A stretch of 24,885 nucleotides of DNA from Fibrobacteria bacterium. Its GTDB lineage: Bacteria > Fibrobacterota > Fibrobacteria > UBA11236. This document shows positions 16,060 through 24,885 of the stretch, one piece after another. A program made the position numbers and the translations under genes. The notes beneath the pieces were generated by a model, which did no database searches, was not told where the DNA came from, and saw only the letters and a program-made list of their open reading frames with translations. Position 1 is the stretch's first letter. Each line of letters begins with the position of its first letter. The stretch spans positions 1 to 24,885 of the forward strand of contig JAYTHY010000102.1 in NCBI GenBank assembly GCA_043732185.1, given 5' to 3'.

Positions 16060-17193
16060 ATGCGACCCACACAAGATGATAAATCAGATAGAAATGTCCC
16101 AATCCGAATTGGATCGGGTACTGATGAACTTTATTCACAAGATCTTTTCCGCGATCTTCTGATTCATGAGCGCAAGCGGTCGGAGAGATCCAACCACCAA
16201 CTCTTTTTTGTAGCGCTTGATATTAAGGATGTGTTGACATCCACACGCGCCGATGCGGAAGTTGTAGGAAAAATCATAAAATCCTTGTCTAAAGCCTCGC
16301 GTGAAATTGATATCAAAGGCTGGTATGAAAATCCCATCTGCATCGGAATCATTTATACCGAATTGGAAGTTCAAGCGTATGAGCGGATCCTGGATAAATT
16401 GAGAATGGCTTTGACTGTTGCTGTAGGATCCGAAATAGTTGAACGAATTGGGATTACCTATACCACCTTTCCTGAACTGGACGGGAAAAAGTGGACCCGG
16501 GATAGAAGCGAGGAACGAGTTTTATATCCGCCTCTGCCGCCCAAGACGATTCTCAAGGAATCCCAGGTATGGCTTAAGGATTTCCTGGATTTGGTCGCAA
16601 GCATAATTGGAGTAGTGGTGCTGTCACCGCTCCTGATTGTCGTTGCTCTTCTGATAAAAGCTACTTCACGCGGACCTGTAGTTTTTAAGCAGGAACGGAT
16701 TGGGCGTGGTGGTAAAAAATTCCAACTTTACAAATTTCGATCCATGCAAGTCAACAATGATTCGGGAATCCATCAGGATTTCGTCAAGAAACTGATTTCG
16801 GGAGAGACTCCGGCCGGCGTGAATTGCGAAAGTCCATCCTATAAAATAAAGCATGATCCACGGGTGACCGCTATAGGCCGTTTCATTCGAGCTACCAGTA
16901 TCGATGAACTTCCGCAACTTTTCAACGTGCTATTGGGAAATATGTCCTTGGTTGGACCACGTCCTCCCTTGGCATATGAAGTGGAGGTGTACCAGGCGTG
17001 GCATCGTTCCAGGGTAGTGTCGGTAAAGCCCGGCATTACGGGTCTATGGCAGGTCAATGGGAGAAGTAAAACGACTTTTGACGGAATGGTTCGCATGGAT
17101 TTGGAATACATACGCACCTGGTCCTTCTGGTTGGACATGAAACTCCTGTTCAAAACTCCTGCCGTTGTTGTAACTACAAAGGGTGCCTATTGA
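16060..17193 (+). CDS. Priming (polyprenyl-phosphate) phosphoglycosyltransferase, Bac_transf family, with an N-terminal degenerate GGDEF-like domain
   Basis: KDFLDL..., LSPLLI re-entrant helix, [55 protein letters not shown]. Alternative starts are ATG 16036 and TTG 16024. Confidence 0.93.
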   Translation: MRPTQDDKSDRNVPIRIGSGTDELYSQDLFRDLLIHERKRSERSNHQLFFVALDIKDVLTSTRADAEVVGKIIKSLSKASREIDIKGWYENPICIGIIYTELEVQAYERILDKLRMALTVAVGSEIVERIGITYTTFPELDGKKWTRDRSEERVLYPPLPPKTILKESQVWLKDFLDLVASIIGVVVLSPLLIVVALLIKATSRGPVVFKQERIGRGGKKFQLYKFRSMQVNNDSGIHQDFVKKLISGETPAGVNCESPSYKIKHDPRVTAIGRFIRATSIDELPQLFNVLLGNMSLVGPRPPLAYEVEVYQAWHRSRVVSVKPGITGLWQVNGRSKTTFDGMVRMDLEYIRTWSFWLDMKLLFKTPAVVVTTKGAY

Positions 17194-18230
17194 AAAACCG
17201 GAATGCAATTGAAGACGTGAGTAAAAAAATGATAAGTGTTGGCGTAATTGGGTATGGCTACTGGGGACCAAATATTGTGCGCAACTTTAACCTAGTGCCG
17301 CAAAGCAAAGTCACAGGTATCTGCGATTCCAATCCCAATGTGGAGGAAAAGCTTTCGAGAACATTCCCACAAATAAAAATAACGCGGGATTTCAATGAAC
17401 TACTGACTGATCCGGGTATCGATGTCATTGCAATAGTCACTCCCGTGTCAACGCATTACGATTTGGCCAAAAAAGCCCTGGAGAACGGCAAGCACGTTTT
17501 TGTGGAAAAGCCTTTCACGCAAACCCCGGCGCAATCCCTGGAATTGATCAATATTGCCGAGCGGAATAATCTAAAAATCATGGTTGATCATACATTTCTG
17601 TTCTCGGGCGCGGTTTCCAAGATTAAGGAATACATCACCAACGGCGATATGGGTGAGATCTACTATTACGATTCGACTCGGATAAACCTTGGGTTGTTTC
17701 AACGGGATGTAAATGTGATATGGGACTTGGCGCCTCACGATTTCGCCATCATGCTCCACCTGCTTTCGGATCGACCGGACGCAGTTCGTGTATTCAGCAA
17801 GTCCCATATCAATGGAATGGAGGATGTCGCCCACATCCTCGTCTATTTCACCAACAATCTGATGGCTCATTTCAATGTGAACTGGCTCTCACCGGTAAAG
17901 ATTAGGAGCACCATGATCGGGGGGGACAAGCGCATGCTGGTTTGGAACGATATATCCCCAGACGAGAAGATAAAGGTGTACGACCGGGGGGTCAACCATA
18001 AAACGACTGAAGACATTCATAATCTATTGGTGAGTTATCGTTCGGGCGATATGTGTTCTCCGAATCTGGATCAACGGGAACCTCTTTTCATCGAAGTTTC
18101 GCATTTCATTGAATGCATTATCGAAAACAAAAGAAATTTGTCCGACGGTCAAACCGGCCTTGAGGTGGTGCAGTTGCTGCATGCCTGCGAAAAATCCATA
18201 CGTAACCATGGGGGGCTGGTAGTACTATGA
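17190..18230 (+). CDS. Gfo/Idh/MocA-family NAD-dependent oxidoreductase (WbpB/WlbA-like sugar dehydrogenase)
   Basis: VGVIGYGYWG, GKHVFVEKP, WDLAPHD; TTGA overlap with the upstream stop (alternative ATG 17229). Confidence 0.92.
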   Translation: MKNRNAIEDVSKKMISVGVIGYGYWGPNIVRNFNLVPQSKVTGICDSNPNVEEKLSRTFPQIKITRDFNELLTDPGIDVIAIVTPVSTHYDLAKKALENGKHVFVEKPFTQTPAQSLELINIAERNNLKIMVDHTFLFSGAVSKIKEYITNGDMGEIYYYDSTRINLGLFQRDVNVIWDLAPHDFAIMLHLLSDRPDAVRVFSKSHINGMEDVAHILVYFTNNLMAHFNVNWLSPVKIRSTMIGGDKRMLVWNDISPDEKIKVYDRGVNHKTTEDIHNLLVSYRSGDMCSPNLDQREPLFIEVSHFIECIIENKRNLSDGQTGLEVVQLLHACEKSIRNHGGLVVL

Positions 18231-18709
18231 AATTCCAAAATATTGCCGACGATGTCGTAATCGGCCCTAATGTCTACCTCGCTGAATTCATAAACTTATA
18301 CGGTTGCAAAATCGGCGAAGGCAGCAAAATCGGGGCATTTGTTGAAATCCAATGCAATGCCGAAATAGGTAGGAACTGCAAAATATCCAGCCACTCGTTT
18401 ATTTGTGAGGGCGTCCTGATTGAGGACGATGTATTTGTAGGCCATGGGGTCACCTTCATCAACGATAAAAATCCGCGTGCAACCAATGCCGAACATATTT
18501 CGCAAACGACGGCTGACTGGGTGGTAGTCCCTACAGTTGTGAAAAGAGGCGCCTCCATAGGTTCCGGGGCGACAATTATGTGCGGGATCACCATCGGCGA
18601 GGATGCCGTGGTCGGCGCCGGAAGCCTGGTCTTGGCGGATGTGGAAAAAGCAACAACGGTCGTAGGCAATCCGGCCCGCGCCATAAAGAGGCATTATGAA
18701 AATATATAA
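18227..18709 (+). CDS. Hexapeptide-repeat sugar N-acetyltransferase (WbpD/WlbB/QdtC-like)
   Basis: Left-handed beta-helix repeats, KISSHSFICEGV, GHGVTFIND..PRA, GASIGSGATI, VVGNPAR. Confidence 0.92.
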   Translation: MKFQNIADDVVIGPNVYLAEFINLYGCKIGEGSKIGAFVEIQCNAEIGRNCKISSHSFICEGVLIEDDVFVGHGVTFINDKNPRATNAEHISQTTADWVVVPTVVKRGASIGSGATIMCGITIGEDAVVGAGSLVLADVEKATTVVGNPARAIKRHYENI

Positions 18710-19976
18710 CAGTATTCCTTTCCTCGATCTTGTCGCTCCTCATGAAAAAATAAAGGAGCAGTTGATGTTGGTTTTATCCAATGCCATATCCACCGGCAGC
18801 TTCGTCGGAGGTCCAGCCGTTGAACGGTTTGAAAAGGAATTCGCAGCTTTTTGTGGGACGGCATATTGCATCGGAGTGAGCAGCGGAACGGACGCATTGC
18901 GTTTTGCCCTCATGACTTCCATTCCGGCCGGATCAATTGTCATAACTGTGCCGAACACCTTTATTGCAACCACCGAGGCAATTTCACAGGCCGGTGCGAT
19001 TCCATATTTTGTCGATATCGAGGAGAGATCTTCGAACATGGACCCCAAAGCCTTGGCCAAATTCCTAACCCGGGAATGCTACGTTGAGGTACCCGGTATC
19101 GGCCGCACCATCCACCGTAACAGCGGAAGAACCGTATCGGCGATTGTTCCAGTTCATCTTTATGGTCAGCCGGCGGACATGGATCATATCCAAGCCTTGG
19201 CTGATAAGTTCAATCTACTGATCATGGAAGACGCCTGTCAGGCCCACGGTTCAGCCTATTTTTCGAACAAGATGAATAAATGGTGCAGCGCTGGTTCCAT
19301 GTCCACCGCAGCGGCGTTCAGTTTCTATCCAGGCAAAAACCTGGGCGGCCTTGGTGAAGGAGGAGCGGTTACCACGGACAGTGCGGCCATTGCCCATCGC
19401 ATTCGTATGCTTCGTGAGCATGGGTCAGAAAAAAAATACTACCATCCTTTGGAAGGTTACAACGGACGCCTGGATGCACTGCAAGCGGGATTTTTAAGCG
19501 AAAAGCTTCCCTTTCTCCAAGAATCGAACAATAGAAGACGGGAATGCGCCAAGAACTACGACACGCTTCTGAAAACCATAACAGGTCTGACTACCCCTAG
19601 CGAACCTGATTGTTTCCTAGGCAATTACCATTTATACGTCATCAAAACAAGTCGGCGAGATGAGTTGCAACAGTATTTGACGGACCAAGGAATCGGGACG
19701 GGCCGGCATTATCCCTTGCCCCTGCATTTGCAGGAAGCCTATCGACATCTGAACTACAAGGAAAATGATTTTCCAATCGCGGAAGCTGCGGCGAAGACCT
19801 TGCTTTCCTTGCCCATGTATCCTTCCTTAACCTATCCGGAACAGGTTCGCATAGCCGAAGCGATTGCCGGATTTTACGGTATCCATGGCAAAATGGAGGT
19901 AGATGCCATTAAGAATGAGAATGCTTCCCAACAGCTTACTCCTCAAGAGGATGCATCCCAAGTTGCGTTGACTTGA
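18696..19976 (+). CDS. DegT/DnrJ/EryC1/StrS PLP-dependent sugar aminotransferase
   Basis: SSGTDAL, TFIAT, PVHLYGQPADM, EDACQAHG, FSFYPGKNLG (PLP Lys), GYNGRLDALQA, LSLPMYP. Confidence 0.95.
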   Translation: MKIYNSIPFLDLVAPHEKIKEQLMLVLSNAISTGSFVGGPAVERFEKEFAAFCGTAYCIGVSSGTDALRFALMTSIPAGSIVITVPNTFIATTEAISQAGAIPYFVDIEERSSNMDPKALAKFLTRECYVEVPGIGRTIHRNSGRTVSAIVPVHLYGQPADMDHIQALADKFNLLIMEDACQAHGSAYFSNKMNKWCSAGSMSTAAAFSFYPGKNLGGLGEGGAVTTDSAAIAHRIRMLREHGSEKKYYHPLEGYNGRLDALQAGFLSEKLPFLQESNNRRRECAKNYDTLLKTITGLTTPSEPDCFLGNYHLYVIKTSRRDELQQYLTDQGIGTGRHYPLPLHLQEAYRHLNYKENDFPIAEAAAKTLLSLPMYPSLTYPEQVRIAEAIAGFYGIHGKMEVDAIKNENASQQLTPQEDASQVALT

Positions 19977-20872
19977 TCCTTAATGGAACGCCTGGTGCTA
20001 GATCCGGTTTGCAATCTATGCGGATAGATAGACTGCTTTCGCAGGCCAGTGCGGCCATGCATTCGAAAGATGGGAGGCAATCCGTGGCAATCCTTATGTA
20101 TCACAGCATAAGCGATCGAACTGAAACTGTGCGGCACCCCTATTTTAAAACCGTCACTTCGCCATCTCGGTTTTGCGAACAGATGGCATGGATCGCGGAA
20201 TCCGGTGCGGAGGTAGTGCCTCTAAACAATTGGAATTCTCCGTTGCCCCCGGGGCGTTCGCTTCGGGTGATTATCACCTTTGATGACGGTTTCGCCGATT
20301 TCATCCCCAACGCCTTCCCCGTCCTAAGCCGTCATGGTTTTCCAGTCACCGTTTTTCTGCCCACTGCCAATATCGGAACCGGGAGGGAACTGCTAAAGGG
20401 AGTAAAGCATCTTCAATGGAGCGACGTGGAGCGGTTAAGCCAGGCCGGCATTAGTTTCGGGTCGCATACAGTCACGCACCGTCCTGTGGAAAAGCTTTCC
20501 CGGATGGAAATCAGTGAGGAGATCCGTTGCTCGACGGAAGAAATAGAAAGCCACCTTGGCGGAAAGGTGACCAGCTTTTCTTGTCCATTTGCTTTTCCTC
20601 AGGCGCACCCAGAGACGCTTTCCGCATTGCGGGAGTCTCTTCTGGATTGTGGATATACTGTCGCCGTCACTACCAAAATAGGCACGGTTTCCCAGCAAGA
20701 CGATCCTCTATCACTCCGCAGGCTCCCGGTGAATTCGGATGACGACCGTGCCCTATTCATGGCCAAACTCAAGGGCGGTTATGATTGGCTTGGCGGGATT
20801 CAACGGATGGCACGCGCTTCAAAGAAGCTGCTTAACCTAAAGTCGGCGAGTGTGGCATGGACCTATCCATAA
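19973..20872 (+). CDS. Polysaccharide deacetylase (CE4/NodB-like)
   Basis: ILMYHSI, ITFDDG, FGSHTVTH, FSCPF, LRRL; start is TTG 19973 or ATG 20018. Confidence 0.92.
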   Translation: MILNGTPGARSGLQSMRIDRLLSQASAAMHSKDGRQSVAILMYHSISDRTETVRHPYFKTVTSPSRFCEQMAWIAESGAEVVPLNNWNSPLPPGRSLRVIITFDDGFADFIPNAFPVLSRHGFPVTVFLPTANIGTGRELLKGVKHLQWSDVERLSQAGISFGSHTVTHRPVEKLSRMEISEEIRCSTEEIESHLGGKVTSFSCPFAFPQAHPETLSALRESLLDCGYTVAVTTKIGTVSQQDDPLSLRRLPVNSDDDRALFMAKLKGGYDWLGGIQRMARASKKLLNLKSASVAWTYP

Positions 20873-21810
20873 TAATCGTGAATTGGAAATCAGCCGATTA
20901 TTGCGCGGACTGTCTTGCCAGCATTTACGCCTCAAAAATCCGCGTCTCTTTTGAAATCATAGTGATCGACAACGCTTCCTTTGACGGCTGCGACCTGATG
21001 CTGGAAAAGAGGTTTCCCAGCGTACGGTTTGTGCAAGGGAAAACCAATGCGGGATTTGCCAAAGCCAACAACGAGGCTTTTCTGCATGCAACGGGTGACA
21101 AACTGTGTTTTCTCAATCCCGATACGGAAATAAGGGGCGAGGCTTTGCAAACTCTTTATGATTCGTTTGAGCGCAATCCCACAGCGGGCGCCCTGGGGGC
21201 TCTACTGTTTAATGGCGATGGAAGCCTGCAAACCAGTTGTGTATTGCCCTTTCCCACTTTGCTCAATCAAGCGCTTGATATGGAATGGCTAAGAAAGTGC
21301 TTTCCACTGGCAAATCTTTTTGGCATGCGGGCTATTTTCTCGAAAATTAAAGCGCCGCAATCCGTAGAGGCCATTTCCGGCGCCTGTATCATGCTCCAAA
21401 GGAAGACCTTTATTGAAATCGGAATGTTCAGCTCGGAATATTTCATGTATGCCGAGGATATCGATCTATGTCATAAAATCCGGATGACCGGAAAAACCAT
21501 TCTTTTGATCAATGCAGCTGAAATCACCCATTTCGGCGGTGGCAGTTCCAAGAATCGCAAAAGTATGCTGTTTGGAGCTGTCCTGCTTCGCGAATCCAAT
21601 TTCAAGTTATTGAGGAAATTCCGAGGCCATGGATACGCCCTGCTTTACCGCCTCAGCATGGGTGGAATGGGGTTGATTCGCCTTGCGGGTTTGCTGCTGT
21701 TCCTTGCGCCAGCGATAGCCACGGGACGTGGCCGTCCGGTTTATGGCACCATGCAACGATGGTGGCATCTTCTCGGGTGGGCTTTAGGAATCCATGCGAA
21801 ATCCCATTGA
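20857..21810 (+). CDS. Glycosyltransferase family 2
   Basis: LSIIIVNW, IDNASFDG, GFAKANN, FLNPD, SGACIM, FMYAEDIDLC. Confidence 0.95.
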   Translation: MDLSIIIVNWKSADYCADCLASIYASKIRVSFEIIVIDNASFDGCDLMLEKRFPSVRFVQGKTNAGFAKANNEAFLHATGDKLCFLNPDTEIRGEALQTLYDSFERNPTAGALGALLFNGDGSLQTSCVLPFPTLLNQALDMEWLRKCFPLANLFGMRAIFSKIKAPQSVEAISGACIMLQRKTFIEIGMFSSEYFMYAEDIDLCHKIRMTGKTILLINAAEITHFGGGSSKNRKSMLFGAVLLRESNFKLLRKFRGHGYALLYRLSMGGMGLIRLAGLLLFLAPAIATGRGRPVYGTMQRWWHLLGWALGIHAKSH

Positions 21811-23326
21811 CAATACGCTGAAGGCCCTGAAAATGGCCCTATCAGGCCAAACCCTTAAATCCCGCGTACTACGGGGTGGCGCCTTATTAGGGTTCAGCAG
21901 CACCATGGAACATGGTGTCCGGTTTTTACGCAATATGATTCTCACTCGGATCCTTCTACCTGACGCCTTGGGGGTAATGACCATCATCCTTACCATCAAT
22001 GCGGCTATGGAATCCTTTACCGAAGTCGGCGTAAGGGAGGCTGTGGTACAGCACCCCGATGCTGAACTTCACACTTTCCTAAATGCCGCATGGTGGTTTG
22101 CGATGGGTCGAGGCATATTGCTATGCGCAATCGGTTTCTTGTTGGCAAGGCCCCTCGCCTCCTTTTACCATATCGAGCAAGCCCGCCACCTCTTGTTGTT
22201 ATCGTTCACGGTAATCCTGCTGAATGCCTCCATCAGCACCAAGACCCATGTGGCCTTGAAGAAAATGCACTATATACGCTGGGTTTCCATCATGCATGGG
22301 TCGGCATTGGGAGGCGTATGCGTCACTCTGGTTTTTTTGTGGATCTTGGGAGACATACGCGCATTGGTTTACGGGTATATTGGGGAATCTGTCATCAGGC
22401 TTGTCCTTTCCTTTTTCCTTTGCCCATTCAAACCGAGTTTCTCCTTTGAAAAAAGCCAAACCAAGGAGTTGTTCCGCTTCGCCAATGGTATGGCCGGGGT
22501 CCCGTTTTTAAGTTTTCTGTTTTTACAAGCCGACATTTTTGTCCTTGGAATAACCGCAAACAAACACAATCTTGGCCAATATGGAATGGCTGAATCACTC
22601 GCCAGCGCTCCAACTGTACTGATTTCGGTATTCATTAATCCCATCTTGATGCCCGCTTTCGCGCAGATTCGTAATCAGTATGACCGCATTAACGGCGCAT
22701 TGCTGAAAGCAACCCGCGCAATGTCTCTTACGGGATTCCTGCTTTGCGCCTGGGTGGTGCTTTTCGGTGCGGAGATTTTGCGGATTAGCTATGGGCCCAA
22801 TTATGAGACGGTAGGAACAGTGTTTGCCATCCTTTTCTTCGGGGAAGTCTTGCGGACCATGGCCTCTCCAATTCCCGCCATTTATCTCGGGATAGGCAAA
22901 CCCGGCTTGAACCGGATTTTCACCGCGATCCGCGCCGGCGTGATCCTTCTCATCATATATCCATGCATTTTGCTTTTTGGTTTGAAAGGAGCGGCATCGG
23001 CTGGCGCGTTTGCCATGATCCTCGCATGGATATTCCAAGTCCGCCAAATGGTCGCTCTGACGAGTCTGGACGTTGGAAAATATTGTCGTAGTGTGGCTTC
23101 CGGGTTGGGTGGTGCAGGAATTGTACTGGCCGGAGGAATCCTGGCGCGCTTGGCACTGGATAGTACCGTGCTTGTGGTCGTCCTTGTGGGATTTCTCACT
23201 GCGGGCGTCCTTGCCTTAAGCGTCCCGCAATTAATGCGGGATTTAAGGTCGTCCGATGAGGACGCATCGATTGGATCCCGAGAACTCGCAATCGGGACCA
23301 CCTCACTCTCGGTAAACGAGGCATAG
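21794..23326 (+). CDS. wzx: Oligosaccharide flippase (Wzx/PST family)
   Basis: Many TM helices; ILTRILLPDALG, FTEVGVREAVVQ, ADIFVLG...LGQYGMA, ILMPAFAQI. Confidence 0.9.
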   Translation: MRNPIDNTLKALKMALSGQTLKSRVLRGGALLGFSSTMEHGVRFLRNMILTRILLPDALGVMTIILTINAAMESFTEVGVREAVVQHPDAELHTFLNAAWWFAMGRGILLCAIGFLLARPLASFYHIEQARHLLLLSFTVILLNASISTKTHVALKKMHYIRWVSIMHGSALGGVCVTLVFLWILGDIRALVYGYIGESVIRLVLSFFLCPFKPSFSFEKSQTKELFRFANGMAGVPFLSFLFLQADIFVLGITANKHNLGQYGMAESLASAPTVLISVFINPILMPAFAQIRNQYDRINGALLKATRAMSLTGFLLCAWVVLFGAEILRISYGPNYETVGTVFAILFFGEVLRTMASPIPAIYLGIGKPGLNRIFTAIRAGVILLIIYPCILLFGLKGAASAGAFAMILAWIFQVRQMVALTSLDVGKYCRSVASGLGGAGIVLAGGILARLALDSTVLVVVLVGFLTAGVLALSVPQLMRDLRSSDEDASIGSRELAIGTTSLSVNEA

Positions 23327-23338
23327 AAACCGAAATCC

Positions 23339-24670
23339 ATGAACATCCTGATTATTTTCATCTTTATCGCACCGCTAACTTGGCGGCTATTGACTAATTA
23401 TCAGCAGGGAGTAAGCTGGGCAGTTTTTTTGTTAACTGCGCTAAGCGCCAACCCTGTGATCTTAAGCGGCGGCACGATGCCCAATTTCAGTTTGCACCGT
23501 CTGATTCTGATTCTCCTGTTAATTGTCGCCATGAAAAATCAAGCGCTGCTCAAGGGGAATCACGCCGCTCCGCTAAAATGGATCCTGGTTCTTTACGCCT
23601 TCGTAAACTTGCTTCCCATGATCTTCACCATCGACCTCCTCATGAGCATTAAGTCTTACCTCTCGTTCACCGTTGAGATTGTGCTGTTTTACTTTATAAT
23701 CTGTGCAAGCATTCAAACCAAGGAGGATGCGAAGCGGATAGTATTGGCCTGTACTGCAGCGCTTGTGGCAGTAGGCGTAATGGCGCTCATAGAGCGCTTT
23801 GCGCATTTCAATCCGGTGGATGCCTATATGCCCGGATATGTCCGAAAACCTGAGTATGTGAACGATATCCTTTCGACCTTTCCCCATCGAATCTTATTTG
23901 GAGCGGCGATGGCCATGGGCCTGCCCTTGGCGCTGGCTTTTGCCCAGGCTGAAATGGCCCGGCGATGGGCCTGGTGGATAGGGGTCTGCATTTTGCTGCT
24001 GTCCTGCTACTTTTCCTTTTCGCGCGGTCCCTGGCTAGCGGCGGTTTTGGCCGGCATGGCCATGTTTGTCCTAGCCGGTTGGCGGGTACGTCGTCAAGCC
24101 CTGATCATTGTTGTCCTCTTGTCAATTGTCTTGGCCATGAGGCCGGGTGTATGGAAGACCTTATCCTCCAGCGTCCACGATACTGCGGATGTCGATTCGT
24201 TCAAGGGGCAGACCTACCAGTATCGATGGGAACTATGGGGGATTGCCTGGAAAAAAATCTCCCAATCGGGCACCAGGATTCTGTTCGGATTCGGCCAGGG
24301 TTCAACCGAGGTGATGACCTTTGAAACCGAGCTTTCCTATACCAGTGACACCACCACATTGTGGAGCTGGGATAACCACTATGCCGCGACTTTGTTTGAA
24401 ACCGGACTTGTGGGACTGGCTTCTTTTGTAGGGCTATATGGATTCTTTTTCCTTAAACTTTTCCGCGGGAGCCTAAGGGCCGCAAAGGAGGATAAAGCGA
24501 TCCAGGTTGGCATTACGGTTGCCATGGCGGCAATGCTTTTCATAATGACCAATGTGGCGATATTCGCTCCGCAACTCAATTACCTCCTCTGGGCGCTAAT
24601 CGCCGCGGGATTGCGATTAGGTGCTGATGACTTGAGAGAGGATGCCTATGCCATTACAACCGGCTTTTGA
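23339..24670 (+). CDS. O-antigen ligase / Wzy polymerase family membrane protein
   Basis: Polytopic protein with STFPHRILFG, SFSRGPWL, YRWELW...LFGFGQG and WDNHY...FETGLVG (Wzy_C-like loop); lies in a wzx/wzc locus. Confidence 0.85.
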   Translation: MNILIIFIFIAPLTWRLLTNYQQGVSWAVFLLTALSANPVILSGGTMPNFSLHRLILILLLIVAMKNQALLKGNHAAPLKWILVLYAFVNLLPMIFTIDLLMSIKSYLSFTVEIVLFYFIICASIQTKEDAKRIVLACTAALVAVGVMALIERFAHFNPVDAYMPGYVRKPEYVNDILSTFPHRILFGAAMAMGLPLALAFAQAEMARRWAWWIGVCILLLSCYFSFSRGPWLAAVLAGMAMFVLAGWRVRRQALIIVVLLSIVLAMRPGVWKTLSSSVHDTADVDSFKGQTYQYRWELWGIAWKKISQSGTRILFGFGQGSTEVMTFETELSYTSDTTTLWSWDNHYAATLFETGLVGLASFVGLYGFFFLKLFRGSLRAAKEDKAIQVGITVAMAAMLFIMTNVAIFAPQLNYLLWALIAAGLRLGADDLREDAYAITTGF

Positions 24671-24885
24671 GGATTACCGAGTGGAAACGTTGGTAGGGCC
24701 AAAACCGCTGGAATCGATTCGCGAGCTATGGGGCAAGTGGGAAAACCATCCCAATGCGAATTTCGATTTCTTTGCAACGGTTGTGGGCAGCCGGCCCGCG
24801 GTGGTAAATCCTGTGGCGATGGTGCTTTTTATCAAGGATGTTCCCGTTGCACTTGCAGTAGGACGTCTTGAAAAAGTTCTTTTAC
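24648..24885 (+). CDS. 5' part of a probable GNAT-like (CelD/BcsL-type) EPS-associated protein, truncated by the window edge
   Basis: GAGG then ATG 24648; frame is open to the end: MPLQPAFEDYRVETL...IRELWGKWENHPNANFDFFATVVGSRP...VALAVGRLEKVLL. The family call is from recalled resemblance only. Confidence 0.55.
   Translation, partial: MPLQPAFEDYRVETLVGPKPLESIRELWGKWENHPNANFDFFATVVGSRPAVVNPVAMVLFIKDVPVALAVGRLEKVLL

Noticed and set aside
1..24885. CRISPR arrays, tRNA/rRNA, IS elements/integrases, defence or phage genes
   Set aside because: None recognised by eye; nearly all sequence is explained by the listed CDSs. A formal scan was not possible.

Overview
Bacterial, moderate-GC window with no RNA gene, CRISPR array or mobile element that I can recognise. 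The C-terminal tails of two secreted proteins look FCB-group/Fibrobacterota-like, but the taxonomy is a guess. The left part holds an OmpR/CpxR-type two-component pair (kinase cut by the window edge and absent from the ORF track), a type II NADH dehydrogenase, a small secreted Lys/Asp heptad-repeat protein, a stand-alone receiver, a secreted DUF3494 ice-binding-family protein with two Ig-like stalk domains, a sigma54 enhancer-binding protein with a degenerate receiver, a PAS-PAS-LuxR regulator and a secreted beta-helix protein. The right part is a Wzx/Wzy exopolysaccharide/capsule locus. wza-wzc and a PAS-GGDEF diguanylate cyclase lie on the minus strand. On the plus strand is an operon: priming phosphoglycosyltransferase, oxidoreductase/acetyltransferase/aminotransferase trio, CE4 deacetylase, GT2, flippase, Wzy/ligase-family protein and a truncated GNAT-like gene. 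Main hypothesis: a sigma54- and c-di-GMP-gated polysaccharide system. The priming transferase carries an N-terminal degenerate GGDEF-like domain that keeps RxxD and sits head-to-head with an intact cyclase. Both EPS transcription units have a -24/-12 sigma54 promoter plus the same TRAGAA-N5-TTCTYA palindrome upstream. The locus is linked to a candidate ice/surface adhesin.
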